Source: Bacillales bacterium UBA3789 (GTDB lineage: Bacteria > Bacillota_I > Bacilli_A > RF39 > UBA660). From it: 64,000 nucleotides of DNA. Shown in pieces: positions 21,080 through 31,997 of this stretch (its first letter is position 1; every line of letters begins with the position of its first letter). The DNA lies in the NCBI GenBank assembly GCA_002369415.1, contig DFEZ01000011.1, positions 145,410 through 209,409 of the forward strand, written 5' to 3'. The notes under the pieces were generated by a model. That model was not told the origin of the DNA. It ran no database searches and saw only the letters and a list, made by a program, of their open reading frames with translations. Position numbers and translations under genes: made by a program.

Positions 21080-22372
21080 TTAGACTAATTCACTTAGAAT
21101 TTTATCTAATTCTTCTTCATCTTCTTTACTTGTTTCTTCTATATCATTTTCTTTATTAAACCATGCTGGAATGTTTTCTGGTTTTGTAGTTTTTTCTTCT
21201 TTTGGTTTAATCATTTTCTTCATCTTTTTATGTTCTTTTTCAGTTACTCTCATTGCTTCTTCTACTGTTTCTATATTTAATCTTTTCCACTGACCAGCAA
21301 TTGTTTCTACATAACTTTTCTTCAATTGTTCATTATTTACCTTTAATACATAACTTATAAGAACATTTACAACTCCAGGATTTAGTTTTTGATCTATTAA
21401 TAGACTTTCTATTAATTTCTTATCTCTATCAGTTGGTTCTGCTCCTTTATATTTAGCTTTTAATAACTGATATGGAGTCATATTTTCAAAAGCATAGACC
21501 ATTTTAGCCCATTTAGAGTTATCTCCTTCTGGTTTCTTTAAAAATTCTGGCTGTTTATTATAAATAAGTGTTGGTAGATTACCACTATTTTCAAATTTAT
21601 AATAGTCTCTACAATTCTTTCTTAAAATTGTTTTATCAATTAATCCTTTTTCATTAATAGAGTCTCTTACTAGACCTTGCATATCTAATGTATTTAGATT
21701 ATATATAAAACTTAAATTATTTATTAATTCTTTTGTATCTTCATTAAAACATTTATCATTTAATCTACTACTTGGAATACTACTAATAATCATATTAAAG
21801 TCTATTCCTCTATTAATAATTATATTATTAGAGTCTTTCTTAGTTATATCTTCATTCATTTCTAATAGAGTTCCTTGTACTGATGAGAACACTTCATCAA
21901 ATGATGCAGTTATATCTTCATAATCTTTAAAATTATATCTTGGAACTTTAAAATAATTTAGTACTTTTTCATATTCTTTTTTACCTAAATTATTATATAA
22001 AACTATATTTAGAATTGGATGATTAAAGAATTCATCTGCAGTAATAGGTGAATATATTAAATAGACAAATTGATTAACATTATCTTTCTTAACATATGTT
22101 TTTAATAGTCCTATTGCTTCTAGTTTTTCTCTTGCAATTACTATATCTTCTAGTCTTAATTGCATAGTAGACATTAAATGATGATGAGTTAGATCTTCTG
22201 ACATTATTTCTTGCTTATCTAAGTCATCTAATAAAGTATTATAAAGTGCTACTGCACTATATCCAATTATAGGTTGATATAACATTGTTATTAGTTTTTT
22301 ATCTTTATCTGTAATAATAGTTTTATTTATTACTGTATAAGTATCTGCAGGTAAAATAGATAAGTTTTTCAT
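21080..22372 (-). CDS. dnaB: Replication initiation and membrane attachment protein (Bacillus DnaB family, DnaD-like domain)
   Basis: N-terminus LITMLYQPIIGYSAVALYNTLLDDL matches Bacillus DnaB IITQLYQPLIGPVAFSLYMTLWGEL; acidic C-terminus; 430 aa. Confidence 0.55.
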   Translation of the reverse strand: MKNLSILPADTYTVINKTIITDKDKKLITMLYQPIIGYSAVALYNTLLDDLDKQEIMSEDLTHHHLMSTMQLRLEDIVIAREKLEAIGLLKTYVKKDNVNQFVYLIYSPITADEFFNHPILNIVLYNNLGKKEYEKVLNYFKVPRYNFKDYEDITASFDEVFSSVQGTLLEMNEDITKKDSNNIIINRGIDFNMIISSIPSSRLNDKCFNEDTKELINNLSFIYNLNTLDMQGLVRDSINEKGLIDKTILRKNCRDYYKFENSGNLPTLIYNKQPEFLKKPEGDNSKWAKMVYAFENMTPYQLLKAKYKGAEPTDRDKKLIESLLIDQKLNPGVVNVLISYVLKVNNEQLKKSYVETIAGQWKRLNIETVEEAMRVTEKEHKKMKKMIKPKEEKTTKPENIPAWFNKENDIEETSKEDEEELDKILSELV

Positions 22373-22407
22373 GTTATCACCACCTATATATTTATACTAC
22401 AATAAAT

Positions 22408-22436
22408 AGAAAAAAAAAGAAAGATAATCTTTCTTT
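22408..22436 (-). terminator. Intrinsic terminator after pilD (AGAAAGAT-a-ATCTTTCT)
   Basis: Hairpin plus 9-nt T-run on the minus strand. Confidence 0.55.
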
Positions 22437-23202
22437 AAAATGATTTAATAATTTCTATTATTATTGGTAGATTTAATCTAGTAAAATATATGAACATAAA
22501 GCTAATAAGTAAGAATGGTCCAAATGGTACTAGATTCTCTTTCTTTAGTGCTAATATTATTAAAGATATAGGTAAAGCTAAGATACTTGCGATAAAGATT
22601 ACTACTAATCCTAATAATGGGTTAATTAATAATCCAAAGACAAACATTAATTTAATGTCTCCTCCACCTAAACTTTCTTTTCTAAATATTAGGTTTCCTA
22701 ATAACATTATTCCAAACATAAATCCAAATAATATTAGACCATATCCTAAACTAATAAGAGCACTTTTAATTCCATAATTTATGATATTTATTATAGTAAA
22801 GTATATTGAGAAAAATATTAATACTTCATCTGGAATAATAAAATAAGATATATCTGAAATAGAAATAATTATTAGCATTGCAACTATTCCTAAAGCAATT
22901 AATAATTCAAATGAGAATCCAAATACATAAAAACTTAAGGCAAATAGTATTCCTGTAAATATTTCCATATATGTTGATAATGAATTTATCTCTGAATGGC
23001 AATATCTACATTTACCTCTTAGGAATAAATATGATAATACTGGTATCATATCTAGAAGAGATAATTCATGATTACAGGTGTCACAGTGACTTCTTGTTTT
23101 TATAAAATCTTCATGATTAGGTAATCTTAGGCCAATTACAGTAAAGAATGATCCAAAAACAGTTCCTAAAATAAAGAAGATAATTAAGTATACTACGTTC
23201 AT
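22435..23202 (-). CDS. pilD: Type IV prepilin peptidase (A24 family; PilD/ComC-like)
   Basis: N-terminal TM, cytoplasmic tetra-Cys zinc motif (HCDTCNHEL ... GKCRYCHSEI), polytopic C-terminal peptidase domain with conserved Asp (ISDISYFIIPDE ... GGGDIKL). Confidence 0.85.
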   Translation of the reverse strand: MNVVYLIIFFILGTVFGSFFTVIGLRLPNHEDFIKTRSHCDTCNHELSLLDMIPVLSYLFLRGKCRYCHSEINSLSTYMEIFTGILFALSFYVFGFSFELLIALGIVAMLIIISISDISYFIIPDEVLIFFSIYFTIINIINYGIKSALISLGYGLILFGFMFGIMLLGNLIFRKESLGGGDIKLMFVFGLLINPLLGLVVIFIASILALPISLIILALKKENLVPFGPFLLISFMFIYFTRLNLPIIIEIIKSF

Positions 23203-23212
23203 AATTACCTCC

Positions 23213-24655
23213 CTATTTAATTTGACTATAAATTGAGAACATTGGTTGAATTATTGATACTAAGATAATACCAACTACTACTGCTAAGAAACAGATAAGT
23301 ATAGGTTCAACTAAACTTTTCATCTGATCAATAACGTTTTTATGTAACATTTGGAAGTGTTGAGCAACTTTTTCCATCATCGTTCCTAATTGACCAGTTG
23401 TTTCACCGGTAACAATCATCTCATATGCAACAATTGGAATTGCCCATTCTCCTTTAAATGCAGATGATATTGAATCTCCTCTACCTAAGTTCTCTAATGT
23501 TCCTGAAATAATTCTCTTATATACTTCATTTGATGTAATCTTAGATAAGATTTCCATTGAGTCTGTAATAAATACTCCATGGTTTAATAATGATGCAAAA
23601 GTCTTTGTGAAGTTTGCTATTTCATTATAAATAATAATATCTTTAATTACTGGTAAATGCATCAAGATTATTTGGACTGTTTCTCTAAATTTTTGAGATT
23701 TAGTAAATGCTTCATAGAAAACAAATACTATTGCAAATATAACTATTAATAGCACCCACCATTTTTGTGATATAAATTCACTAGTTGAAACAATTATTTT
23801 TGTTAACATAGGTAGTTCTGCACCATTATCTTCAAACATTGATGTGAACTGAGGAACTAAGTAAGTTAACATGAATATTAAAACTCCAAATGCTATTGTT
23901 AATACGACAATCGGATAAGTCATTGCTGATTTCATTTGTTTTCTTGTTTGATCCATTGATGTATAATACTCAGCCATATCATCTAAGATAGAAGGTAAAT
24001 CTCCTGTCATTTCAGCAGTCTTTACCATATTAACTAATAATTTTGGATAAACTTTATCTTGCATTAACATTGCATCTGATAAGTCTTCTCCTTTTAATAA
24101 TTGATATACCAATTGATTAAAGCTTTTCTTTAATCCTGGCTTTGTAGTTTGTTTTGCTAAGATTCTAACTGAATCTACTAGAGGAATACCTGATTTAATA
24201 TATGTAGATAATTGAGTTAGTGTAAATGATAGGTCACTTGCACCGATTCTACCATTTCCTCCGATATCTACATCGAATTTTCCTCTTTCTTTTATCTCTA
24301 AAACTTCATAATCTTGTCCTAATAAGAAGTTTCTAACATCATTTTCTGATTCTGCTTCAAAAGTACCACTTTCTTTTTTACCTACACCATTAATAATTGT
24401 ATATCTATAGTCATGAACTGGTCTTTTTACTTTTTCATTTGAATCAAGTGCTGTTGGTTGAGCTGCTAAAGTTACACTTGTATCTTGTGCCATACCATCA
24501 GCTGTACCAGAATTACTTCCTGGCATTATATTATTATAGATATTTTGTGGAGGTTGAGTTGCTTGTACTGGTTGAGTTGCTTGAACTTGTTGTTGTACTG
24601 CTGGCTGTTGTGTTGCTGTTAATTGTTGTGCATTTGCATTTGATTTACCAAACAT
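23213..24655 (-). CDS. pilC: Type IV pilus / competence pseudopilus platform protein (GspF family; PilC/ComGB-like) with Gln/Thr/Pro-rich N-terminal extension
   Basis: Two GspF cytoplasmic repeats (LSFTLTQLSTYIKSGIPLVDSV ... ; FTKTFASLLNHGVFITDSMEIL ...) and three TM segments, ending ...PMFSIYSQIK. The N-terminal 70 aa are low complexity (QQPAVQQQVQATQPVQATQPPQ). Confidence 0.8.
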   Translation of the reverse strand: MFGKSNANAQQLTATQQPAVQQQVQATQPVQATQPPQNIYNNIMPGSNSGTADGMAQDTSVTLAAQPTALDSNEKVKRPVHDYRYTIINGVGKKESGTFEAESENDVRNFLLGQDYEVLEIKERGKFDVDIGGNGRIGASDLSFTLTQLSTYIKSGIPLVDSVRILAKQTTKPGLKKSFNQLVYQLLKGEDLSDAMLMQDKVYPKLLVNMVKTAEMTGDLPSILDDMAEYYTSMDQTRKQMKSAMTYPIVVLTIAFGVLIFMLTYLVPQFTSMFEDNGAELPMLTKIIVSTSEFISQKWWVLLIVIFAIVFVFYEAFTKSQKFRETVQIILMHLPVIKDIIIYNEIANFTKTFASLLNHGVFITDSMEILSKITSNEVYKRIISGTLENLGRGDSISSAFKGEWAIPIVAYEMIVTGETTGQLGTMMEKVAQHFQMLHKNVIDQMKSLVEPILICFLAVVVGIILVSIIQPMFSIYSQIK

Positions 24656-24734
24656 TTTATCAACCTTCCTTTCTATCTTATCTACTTTATTATAACATAT
24701 CTTTTTTTAATAAAATACTATTTTTTGTTTTTTT

Positions 24735-25880
<1,146 letters not shown>

Positions 25881-25911
25881 TCAATTCGTTATAATTATAT
25901 ATTATTTTTAA

Positions 25912-25943
25912 TAGAAAAACAAGAAACACTATCTGTGTTTCTC
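25912..25943 (-). terminator. Intrinsic terminator after the Gre-like gene (AGAAACAC-tatct-GTGTTTCT)
   Basis: 8-bp stem and T-run. Confidence 0.55.
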
Positions 25944-26921
25944 ATTTTCTAATGTATTAGTATTGTCTACTGTTAATACAATACCATTTAGAGATGATTG
26001 GTTACTTCTTCTTAATTTGAAACTATCTCCTGCTTTTTTACCGTAAAGTGCTTGGCCTAAAGTAGAGATTCTTTCTACGTAGTCTGAATTAACTTCTGTT
26101 GAGACAGCTTCATTTATTAGTTCGAAATCTCTTTCTTCTGAAGTTCCGTCTTCATTTCTAATCAATATACTTACAATTGATCCAATACCTATAGTGTTAT
26201 CTTTAGGAGGTTCTACTAAGGTATTCTCTTTTAGGTATCTTTCTAAATATGCTTTTCTTCTTATTTCTGAAGGTGTAGCATTTCTACCTATCTTGTTGAT
26301 TTCTTCATTTATTAAAAACAATTGACTAATTGTATATTGATGTCTCTTTTTATATTCTTCAGGATTATTTGTCAAATCATGAATATCTTTTCTTGCTTGG
26401 CGAGATAATCTATTTTTTCTTGCCCTCTCAGTTATAAAACTATCATAATGAGATTTAATTTTATCTATTTCTTCTATTGTTAATGATATTTGTCTTCCTG
26501 TTGAAGATACTTTATATGTTACAGTTGCTCCTTCTTCTTTACCAAATACAGCCATTCCAAAGTCGCTTGATAATCTTGCTTCATCGCTTGAATATGATGG
26601 AGTTCCTGCATCAATTAACATTACATCATCTATATCTCCATCTGAAAATCTTACTTTAACTCTTGTTCCAACATTTACGTAATCGAATGTTCTTCCTCTT
26701 AAATACTTAGATGTTGCTAATGCATCTGTTACATTATCTAATTCTTCTTTATTTCTATATAGTTCATCAACTAAATTTGAATCATCGTAAGCTGGTAAAC
26801 CTATTCCTTCAATTGCAGACTTTTCTCTACTTGAAAGCATCTCACGATATCTCTTTCTATTTTCTAGTAACTCCTTTTTCTTTCTTCTTAAATATTTTAC
26901 TTGTTCTGCCACTAGATACAT
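25929..26921 (-). CDS. GreA/GreB-family-like protein with two tandem Gre C-terminal (FKBP-fold) domains after an N-terminal coiled-coil
   Basis: Two copies of the Gre C-domain signature: VGTRVKVRFSDGDIDDVMLID...SSDFGMAVFGKEEGATV and IGSIVSILIRNEDGTSEER...ISTLGQALYGKKAGDSF. Confidence 0.45.
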   Translation of the reverse strand: MYLVAEQVKYLRRKKKELLENRKRYREMLSSREKSAIEGIGLPAYDDSNLVDELYRNKEELDNVTDALATSKYLRGRTFDYVNVGTRVKVRFSDGDIDDVMLIDAGTPSYSSDEARLSSDFGMAVFGKEEGATVTYKVSSTGRQISLTIEEIDKIKSHYDSFITERARKNRLSRQARKDIHDLTNNPEEYKKRHQYTISQLFLINEEINKIGRNATPSEIRRKAYLERYLKENTLVEPPKDNTIGIGSIVSILIRNEDGTSEERDFELINEAVSTEVNSDYVERISTLGQALYGKKAGDSFKLRRSNQSSLNGIVLTVDNTNTLENEKHR

Positions 26922-26995
26922 TTCAATTTCCCCCTTAAAATGCGTGTATTAGATATACTATCACAAAAAAAGATTATGTCAATATATCATAATCT

Positions 26996-28021
26996 TTATT
27001 TTATAAACATTGCATCTCCAAAGGAGAAAAATCTGTATTTTTCATCTACTGCGACTTTATATGCATTTAGTATTTTTTCTCTTCCTGCTAGAGTAGAAAC
27101 TAACATTACTAAAGTTGATTTTGGTAAATGGAAGTTTGTTATTAATGCATCAATTGCTTTAAATGTGTATCCGGGATATATAAATATATTAGTCCATCCA
27201 GAGCACTCTTTAAATTCACCATATAAGTTCATTATAGTTTCTAATGTTCTTGTAGATGTTGTTCCTACGGCAATTATTCTTTTTTTATTCTTTTTAGTTT
27301 CATTTAATTTATCAGCTACTTCTTTAGACATAGTATAGAACTCACTATGCATTTCATGATCTTCTACTTTTTCTACTGTAACTGGTCTAAATGTACCTAA
27401 ACCAACATGTAATGTTACATAGCAAATATTAATACCTTTATCTTCTATTTTCTTTAATAGTTCTTTAGTAAAATGAAGTCCTGCAGTTGGTGCTGCTGCA
27501 CTTCCAACTTCTTTAGCATATACTGTTTGATAGCGAGATTGGTCTTCTAATTTTTCATGTATATATGGAGGAAGTGGCATAGTACCTAATTCTTCTAATA
27601 TTTCTAATAATATTCCATTATAAATAAGTTCAAAATGACGAATACCTTCATCTAATTCTTTAATACATTTAGCTTTTAATTTTCCGTCTCCAAATGATAC
27701 TATTGTTCCTACTTTAATACGTCTTGCTGGTTTTACTAAGCATTCCCATTCATCATCTTTAATATTTTTTAATAATAATATTTCTATTACTGCATTAGTT
27801 TCTTCTTTTACACCTATTAGTCTTGCAGGCAAAACTTTAGAATCATTTAATACTAAAGTATCTCCTTCTTCTAAGTAATCTATAATATTATAAAATCTTT
27901 TATGTTCAATATTTCCTGTTTCTTTATCTAGAACTAATAATCTAGATTCATCTCTTTTTTCTATAGGAGTTTGAGCAATTAATTCTTCTGGTAATTCATA
28001 ATCAAAGTCTTCTACTTTCAT
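26996..28021 (-). CDS. queA: S-adenosylmethionine:tRNA ribosyltransferase-isomerase
   Basis: [31 protein letters not shown] canonical QueA N-terminus; 341 aa. Confidence 0.9.
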   Translation of the reverse strand: MKVEDFDYELPEELIAQTPIEKRDESRLLVLDKETGNIEHKRFYNIIDYLEEGDTLVLNDSKVLPARLIGVKEETNAVIEILLLKNIKDDEWECLVKPARRIKVGTIVSFGDGKLKAKCIKELDEGIRHFELIYNGILLEILEELGTMPLPPYIHEKLEDQSRYQTVYAKEVGSAAAPTAGLHFTKELLKKIEDKGINICYVTLHVGLGTFRPVTVEKVEDHEMHSEFYTMSKEVADKLNETKKNKKRIIAVGTTSTRTLETIMNLYGEFKECSGWTNIFIYPGYTFKAIDALITNFHLPKSTLVMLVSTLAGREKILNAYKVAVDEKYRFFSFGDAMFIK

Positions 28022-28065
28022 ATATTTCCCTCCATAACTACGCTTAATTATAACATATTTTATTA

Positions 28066-28094
28066 ATAAAAAAAAGAGAAATTACTTTCTCTTT
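28066..28094 (-). terminator. Intrinsic terminator after ruvB (AAGAGAAA-ttac-TTTCTCTT)
   Basis: Hairpin plus T-run. Confidence 0.55.
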
Positions 28095-29089
28095 TCTATT
28101 CCTAATATTTCATATGCTTTATCAGTTACTACTCTACCTCTTGCAGTTCTTTTTAATAATCCAACTTGTAATAAGTATGGCTCATATACATCTTCTATTG
28201 TTGTAACTTCTTCACCTATTGAACTACTTAGTGCTTCTATACCAACTGGTCCACCATTAAATTTATTAATAATTGCAAGTAATAATTCTCTATCTGTATT
28301 ATCTAATCCCATTTCATCTACTTGTAGTCTATTTAAAGCATCTTTTGTAGTCTTAATGTCAATTGTATCTTTTTTCTTTACCATAGCAAAGTCTCTTACT
28401 CTTTTAAATAATCTATTAGCTATTCTTGGAGTACCTCTGCTTCTCATAGCAAGTTCTACTGCAGCTTCATCATCTATTGGCATATCTAATACTCTTGATG
28501 TTCTTTTTACTATATCAGTTAATTCATCTACTGTATAGAATTGTAATTTATTAACTATTCCAAATCTATCTCTTAATGGTGCTGAGATATCTCCTGCTCT
28601 AGTTGTTGCACCTACTAAAGTAAATGGAGGTAGATCAATCTTTATATTTCTACTATTTCCTTCACTACCAACTATTATATCTAGAGAAAAGTCTTCCATG
28701 GCAGGATACAATATTTCTTCTATATATCTTGGCATTCTATGAATTTCATCTATAAATAATACATCTCCTGCTTCAAGTGAAGATAGTATTGCAGCTAAGT
28801 CTCCTGCTTTTTCTATACTTGGACCTGATGCAGTTTTAATATTAGTTCCAAGTTCATGAGCAATTATAAAAGCTAGAGTTGTTTTTCCTAATCCAGGAGG
28901 TCCATATAATAAGACATGATCTAGAGACTCTTTTCTCATCTTAGCAGCTTCTACAAATACTTTAATATTTTCTTTAACATCAGTTTGTCCAATATATTCA
29001 TCTATAGATTCTGGTCTTATTGTATTATCTAGTGTTTTATCATCAAATAAATTATAATTTGTAACTACACTTTCATCTTCTCTACTCAT
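28082..29089 (-). CDS. ruvB: Holliday junction branch migration DNA helicase RuvB
   Basis: AAA+ Walker [10 protein letters not shown], Walker B LFIDEIHR, sensor and arginine-finger motifs; 335 aa. Confidence 0.95.
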   Translation of the reverse strand: MSREDESVVTNYNLFDDKTLDNTIRPESIDEYIGQTDVKENIKVFVEAAKMRKESLDHVLLYGPPGLGKTTLAFIIAHELGTNIKTASGPSIEKAGDLAAILSSLEAGDVLFIDEIHRMPRYIEEILYPAMEDFSLDIIVGSEGNSRNIKIDLPPFTLVGATTRAGDISAPLRDRFGIVNKLQFYTVDELTDIVKRTSRVLDMPIDDEAAVELAMRSRGTPRIANRLFKRVRDFAMVKKKDTIDIKTTKDALNRLQVDEMGLDNTDRELLLAIINKFNGGPVGIEALSSSIGEEVTTIEDVYEPYLLQVGLLKRTARGRVVTDKAYEILGIEKRK

Positions 29090-29441
29090 GAAATCCCTCC
29101 TATATATATTATACGTATCAATTTAATTATAAAACAAAAAAGTTCGATAAGCAAATGTTATCGAACATATTTTCAAATATTACTTTTCAGTTACATAATG
29201 ATATCCAAATATTGTAATACCTATTGTAATTGCAAGCATTGAAAGAATTATATTAATTGTTGGTACTCCCATAAATGTATCTTTTTCTATTTCAATAGTA
29301 TAGGTTAATAATACTTCGTTACTATCATTTAATGTTTTTACTAATACTTTACTTCCATCTTTTAAATCTTTATTTCCTTCTACTTTATAAGTAAACTCAT
29401 CTGAATCTAGATTTACTCCTATATTTAATTCTTTCGAATCT

Positions 29442-30020
29442 TTATCTTAATAATAGTTTTAATGCATCTTTTACTTGTTCTTCTATTGGTAGTGATGTAT
29501 TTACTTTAGCTAGTACTGGTTTTAATTCTTTTTCTTTGTATCCTAAACCTACTAATACTTCTTTTAATTCATTAGTTGTTTCCATTTCATCTTCAGATAT
29601 ACCTGTACCAATAAATTCTAATTTTCCTTTTAGATCTAAGATAATTTGTTTTGCTAATTTATCTCCTATCTTAGGGAATTTTTTCAAATATAAGATGTTT
29701 TCTCTTTCAATAGCGTCCATTATTCCATCAGTTGATCCAACTGCTAAAATAGGAAGTGCCATCTTACATCCTAAACCTTTAACACTTATAAGTTTTAAGA
29801 ATAATTCTTTTTCTTCTATTGTTTTAAATCCATATAAAGCATTAATATCTTCTGCGATTTGTTGATATACAAACACTTTATATTCATTACCTATTTCAAA
29901 TGAGTATGGATTTGATACATATATTAAATATCCTATACCATTATTATCTACTACAATGGCATTATTTTTTATATCAGTTATTATTCCTTTTATGTAGTCA
30001 TACATCTTAATCATCTCCAA
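29442..30020 (-). CDS. ruvA: Holliday junction DNA helicase RuvA
   Basis: MYDYIKGIITDI... OB-fold N-terminus, HhH motifs (LISVKGLGCKMALPIL), C-terminal RuvB-interaction domain; 192 aa. Confidence 0.9.
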   Translation of the reverse strand: MEMIKMYDYIKGIITDIKNNAIVVDNNGIGYLIYVSNPYSFEIGNEYKVFVYQQIAEDINALYGFKTIEEKELFLKLISVKGLGCKMALPILAVGSTDGIMDAIERENILYLKKFPKIGDKLAKQIILDLKGKLEFIGTGISEDEMETTNELKEVLVGLGYKEKELKPVLAKVNTSLPIEEQVKDALKLLLR

Positions 30021-30037
30021 ATTAATTATAAACTATA

Positions 30038-30934
30038 TTAAAATAATTGTCTAAATTTTTTATATTCTTTATAGGTTGCTACCTCTTCTAATTGTTCTGG
30101 TATTTCTCCTATATAATCTCTTGGATTCATATTATCTTTTCCTGTATATATATGAAAGAACATATAGATTAATTCTTTTGGAATACCAAGACCTTTTAAG
30201 TAGTCTAAATAGTCATAATACTCTGATACTTCTGCTCTATAAATTGGATGTCTTGCTAAAGTATTTAGAATAATCATATTATAGCAATATAAATCTGTAT
30301 TATCAGATGGTATTATTATTCCTGAGTCTGTTCTTCTATATTTATTTGGTACATGATCTAGATTTGGATTTCTTAATAAATAATATGCCATATCTGATGG
30401 GTCTGTTCCTGATATATATGAACTATCTAAGTCAACTACTCTTATATTATCATCCTGATCTATTATAAAATTATATTCATTTAAATCACATAAATTCATC
30501 TTAAAATATTCATCTGAAGTTCTTTGTAGTTTATCAAGTAAATCTCCTAATTTTCTTAGGTAATATTTCTTTGCTTGAAAGGTTACAAATGGACTATTAA
30601 GTAGAGAACCTAAATTCATATGTCCTTCAATTAGTGGCATTGCAAAACCAGCAGTTTTTCCATCTACATTAACTACACTATCAGGTATTATTAATTCACT
30701 CATATTAGAATAAGTATCAGATCTATTAAGTCTATCAACTGTGTTCATTTTTCTAGACATTACTTCTTCATTATCTTGTTCATCAAGATACTTAAATAAC
30801 ATTCTAGATCCATTTTTTGTTCTTATTTTTTTATTAAATATTAACATATAAGATTCACTATTTAATACCCCTGAATCTAATTCTAATGGTTTTAGTCTTC
30901 TTACTTGATACATTCTTAAGTTAATTACGTTCAT
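30038..30934 (-). CDS. Hypothetical protein with protein-kinase-like catalytic motifs (atypical kinase/phosphotransferase fold)
   Basis: LCDLNEYNFIIDQDDNIRVVDLDSS resembles an HxDxxxxN catalytic loop plus a DxD/DFG-like metal-binding motif; N-terminal Lys-rich segment. Confidence 0.35.
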   Translation of the reverse strand: MNVINLRMYQVRRLKPLELDSGVLNSESYMLIFNKKIRTKNGSRMLFKYLDEQDNEEVMSRKMNTVDRLNRSDTYSNMSELIIPDSVVNVDGKTAGFAMPLIEGHMNLGSLLNSPFVTFQAKKYYLRKLGDLLDKLQRTSDEYFKMNLCDLNEYNFIIDQDDNIRVVDLDSSYISGTDPSDMAYYLLRNPNLDHVPNKYRRTDSGIIIPSDNTDLYCYNMIILNTLARHPIYRAEVSEYYDYLDYLKGLGIPKELIYMFFHIYTGKDNMNPRDYIGEIPEQLEEVATYKEYKKFRQLF

Positions 30935-30992
30935 AGTACCACCACAGTTTTGTATTATAAGCTATTTTAATCAAAATAAAAAGAGTAATTTC

Positions 30993-31925
30993 TTACTCTA
31001 ATGTACATAAGGTACCTATTCCAGTATAATAATCCATGCTTTCTATTTCATCATCATATAGGACCATATAATCTATTTCTTCATTTCCGGCTTTTGGTGT
31101 AGATCTTTTTAGGAATTTTTCTCCTAAAGAGCACTCTGTTTTATTTTCAGTAAAAGTAAACTTATTATAATTATATTTACTAGTTAACCATTCATTAAAT
31201 GTCATTCCATCTTTAAATCTATAAGTTGTACATTGATTATGTTCAATATAACTACATATATTAAATGTTGGTACATCTTTTTCTATAACTATATTAGCAT
31301 TTATTTTTAATTTAAATTGTTCTAATGCAAATACTGATATTGGAATTAGAGATAAGCACATTATAATAATTAAAGCAGTATCTTTTTTACCATATTTAAT
31401 TACCATATATACTCCAAAACCTATCATTATTAAACTAATAATAGATAGAACTATATTTGAATGGCCTGTTTTGGGGTTATTTGTTAAATTAGCTAGATTT
31501 AACTGCATTACTCCGTTATTATTATAAACATTATTTTCAAACATATTATCATCTACTTCTTTAGTATATGTTGCTGTTACATATAATGTTTTCTTTGAGT
31601 TAGCTTTTAATATACTTTCTCCATCCATTTTAAAATCATATGTTATATAGTCATTACCTTTAAATTTTAAATCATCACTAATAACTAAATCATCAGATGA
31701 TGAGTTTTCTACTTCTATTTTATATTTTATAAAGTCATTTACTTCAAAGAAAGTAGTATCTACTGAAAAAGATAGTCCATCTACTGTTGGATCTTTATTA
31801 ACTAGTGTATTATCTGAGATATCATCTATTTCAATATTAGTTATTGAGATATTATTATCTGCATATACTACTACATATGAAAATATTAAAACTATTAATA
31901 CTATTAAAGTTAATATCTTTTTCAT
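30993..31925 (-). CDS. Hypothetical membrane/secreted protein (signal peptide, two ectodomains separated by an NPKTG + TM + KYGKK segment)
   Basis: N-terminal signal MKKILTLIVLIVLIFSYVVVYA; internal NPKTGHSNIVLSIISLIMIGFGVYMVIKYGKKD. Confidence 0.4.
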   Translation of the reverse strand: MKKILTLIVLIVLIFSYVVVYADNNISITNIEIDDISDNTLVNKDPTVDGLSFSVDTTFFEVNDFIKYKIEVENSSSDDLVISDDLKFKGNDYITYDFKMDGESILKANSKKTLYVTATYTKEVDDNMFENNVYNNNGVMQLNLANLTNNPKTGHSNIVLSIISLIMIGFGVYMVIKYGKKDTALIIIMCLSLIPISVFALEQFKLKINANIVIEKDVPTFNICSYIEHNQCTTYRFKDGMTFNEWLTSKYNYNKFTFTENKTECSLGEKFLKRSTPKAGNEEIDYMVLYDDEIESMDYYTGIGTLCTLE

Positions 31926-31965
31926 ATTACCACTCCTATCATAAGTACATTATAATATACTTTTA

Positions 31966-31997
31966 ATAAAAAAAGAAGATTAAATTAATCTTCTTTT
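31966..31997 (-). terminator. Intrinsic terminator after yebC (AAGAAGATTAA-at-TTAATCTTCTT)
   Basis: 11-bp stem plus T-run. Confidence 0.55.

Noticed and set aside
26940-27338. 132-aa plus-strand ORF
   Set aside because: Antisense to queA, whose homology is unambiguous, with no independent support. The same reasoning rejects 26477-26659 and 26711-26938, which are antisense to the Gre-like gene.
28356-30273. Plus-strand ORFs 28356-28538, 29536-29865 and 30076-30273
   Set aside because: Antisense to ruvB, ruvA and the kinase-like gene.
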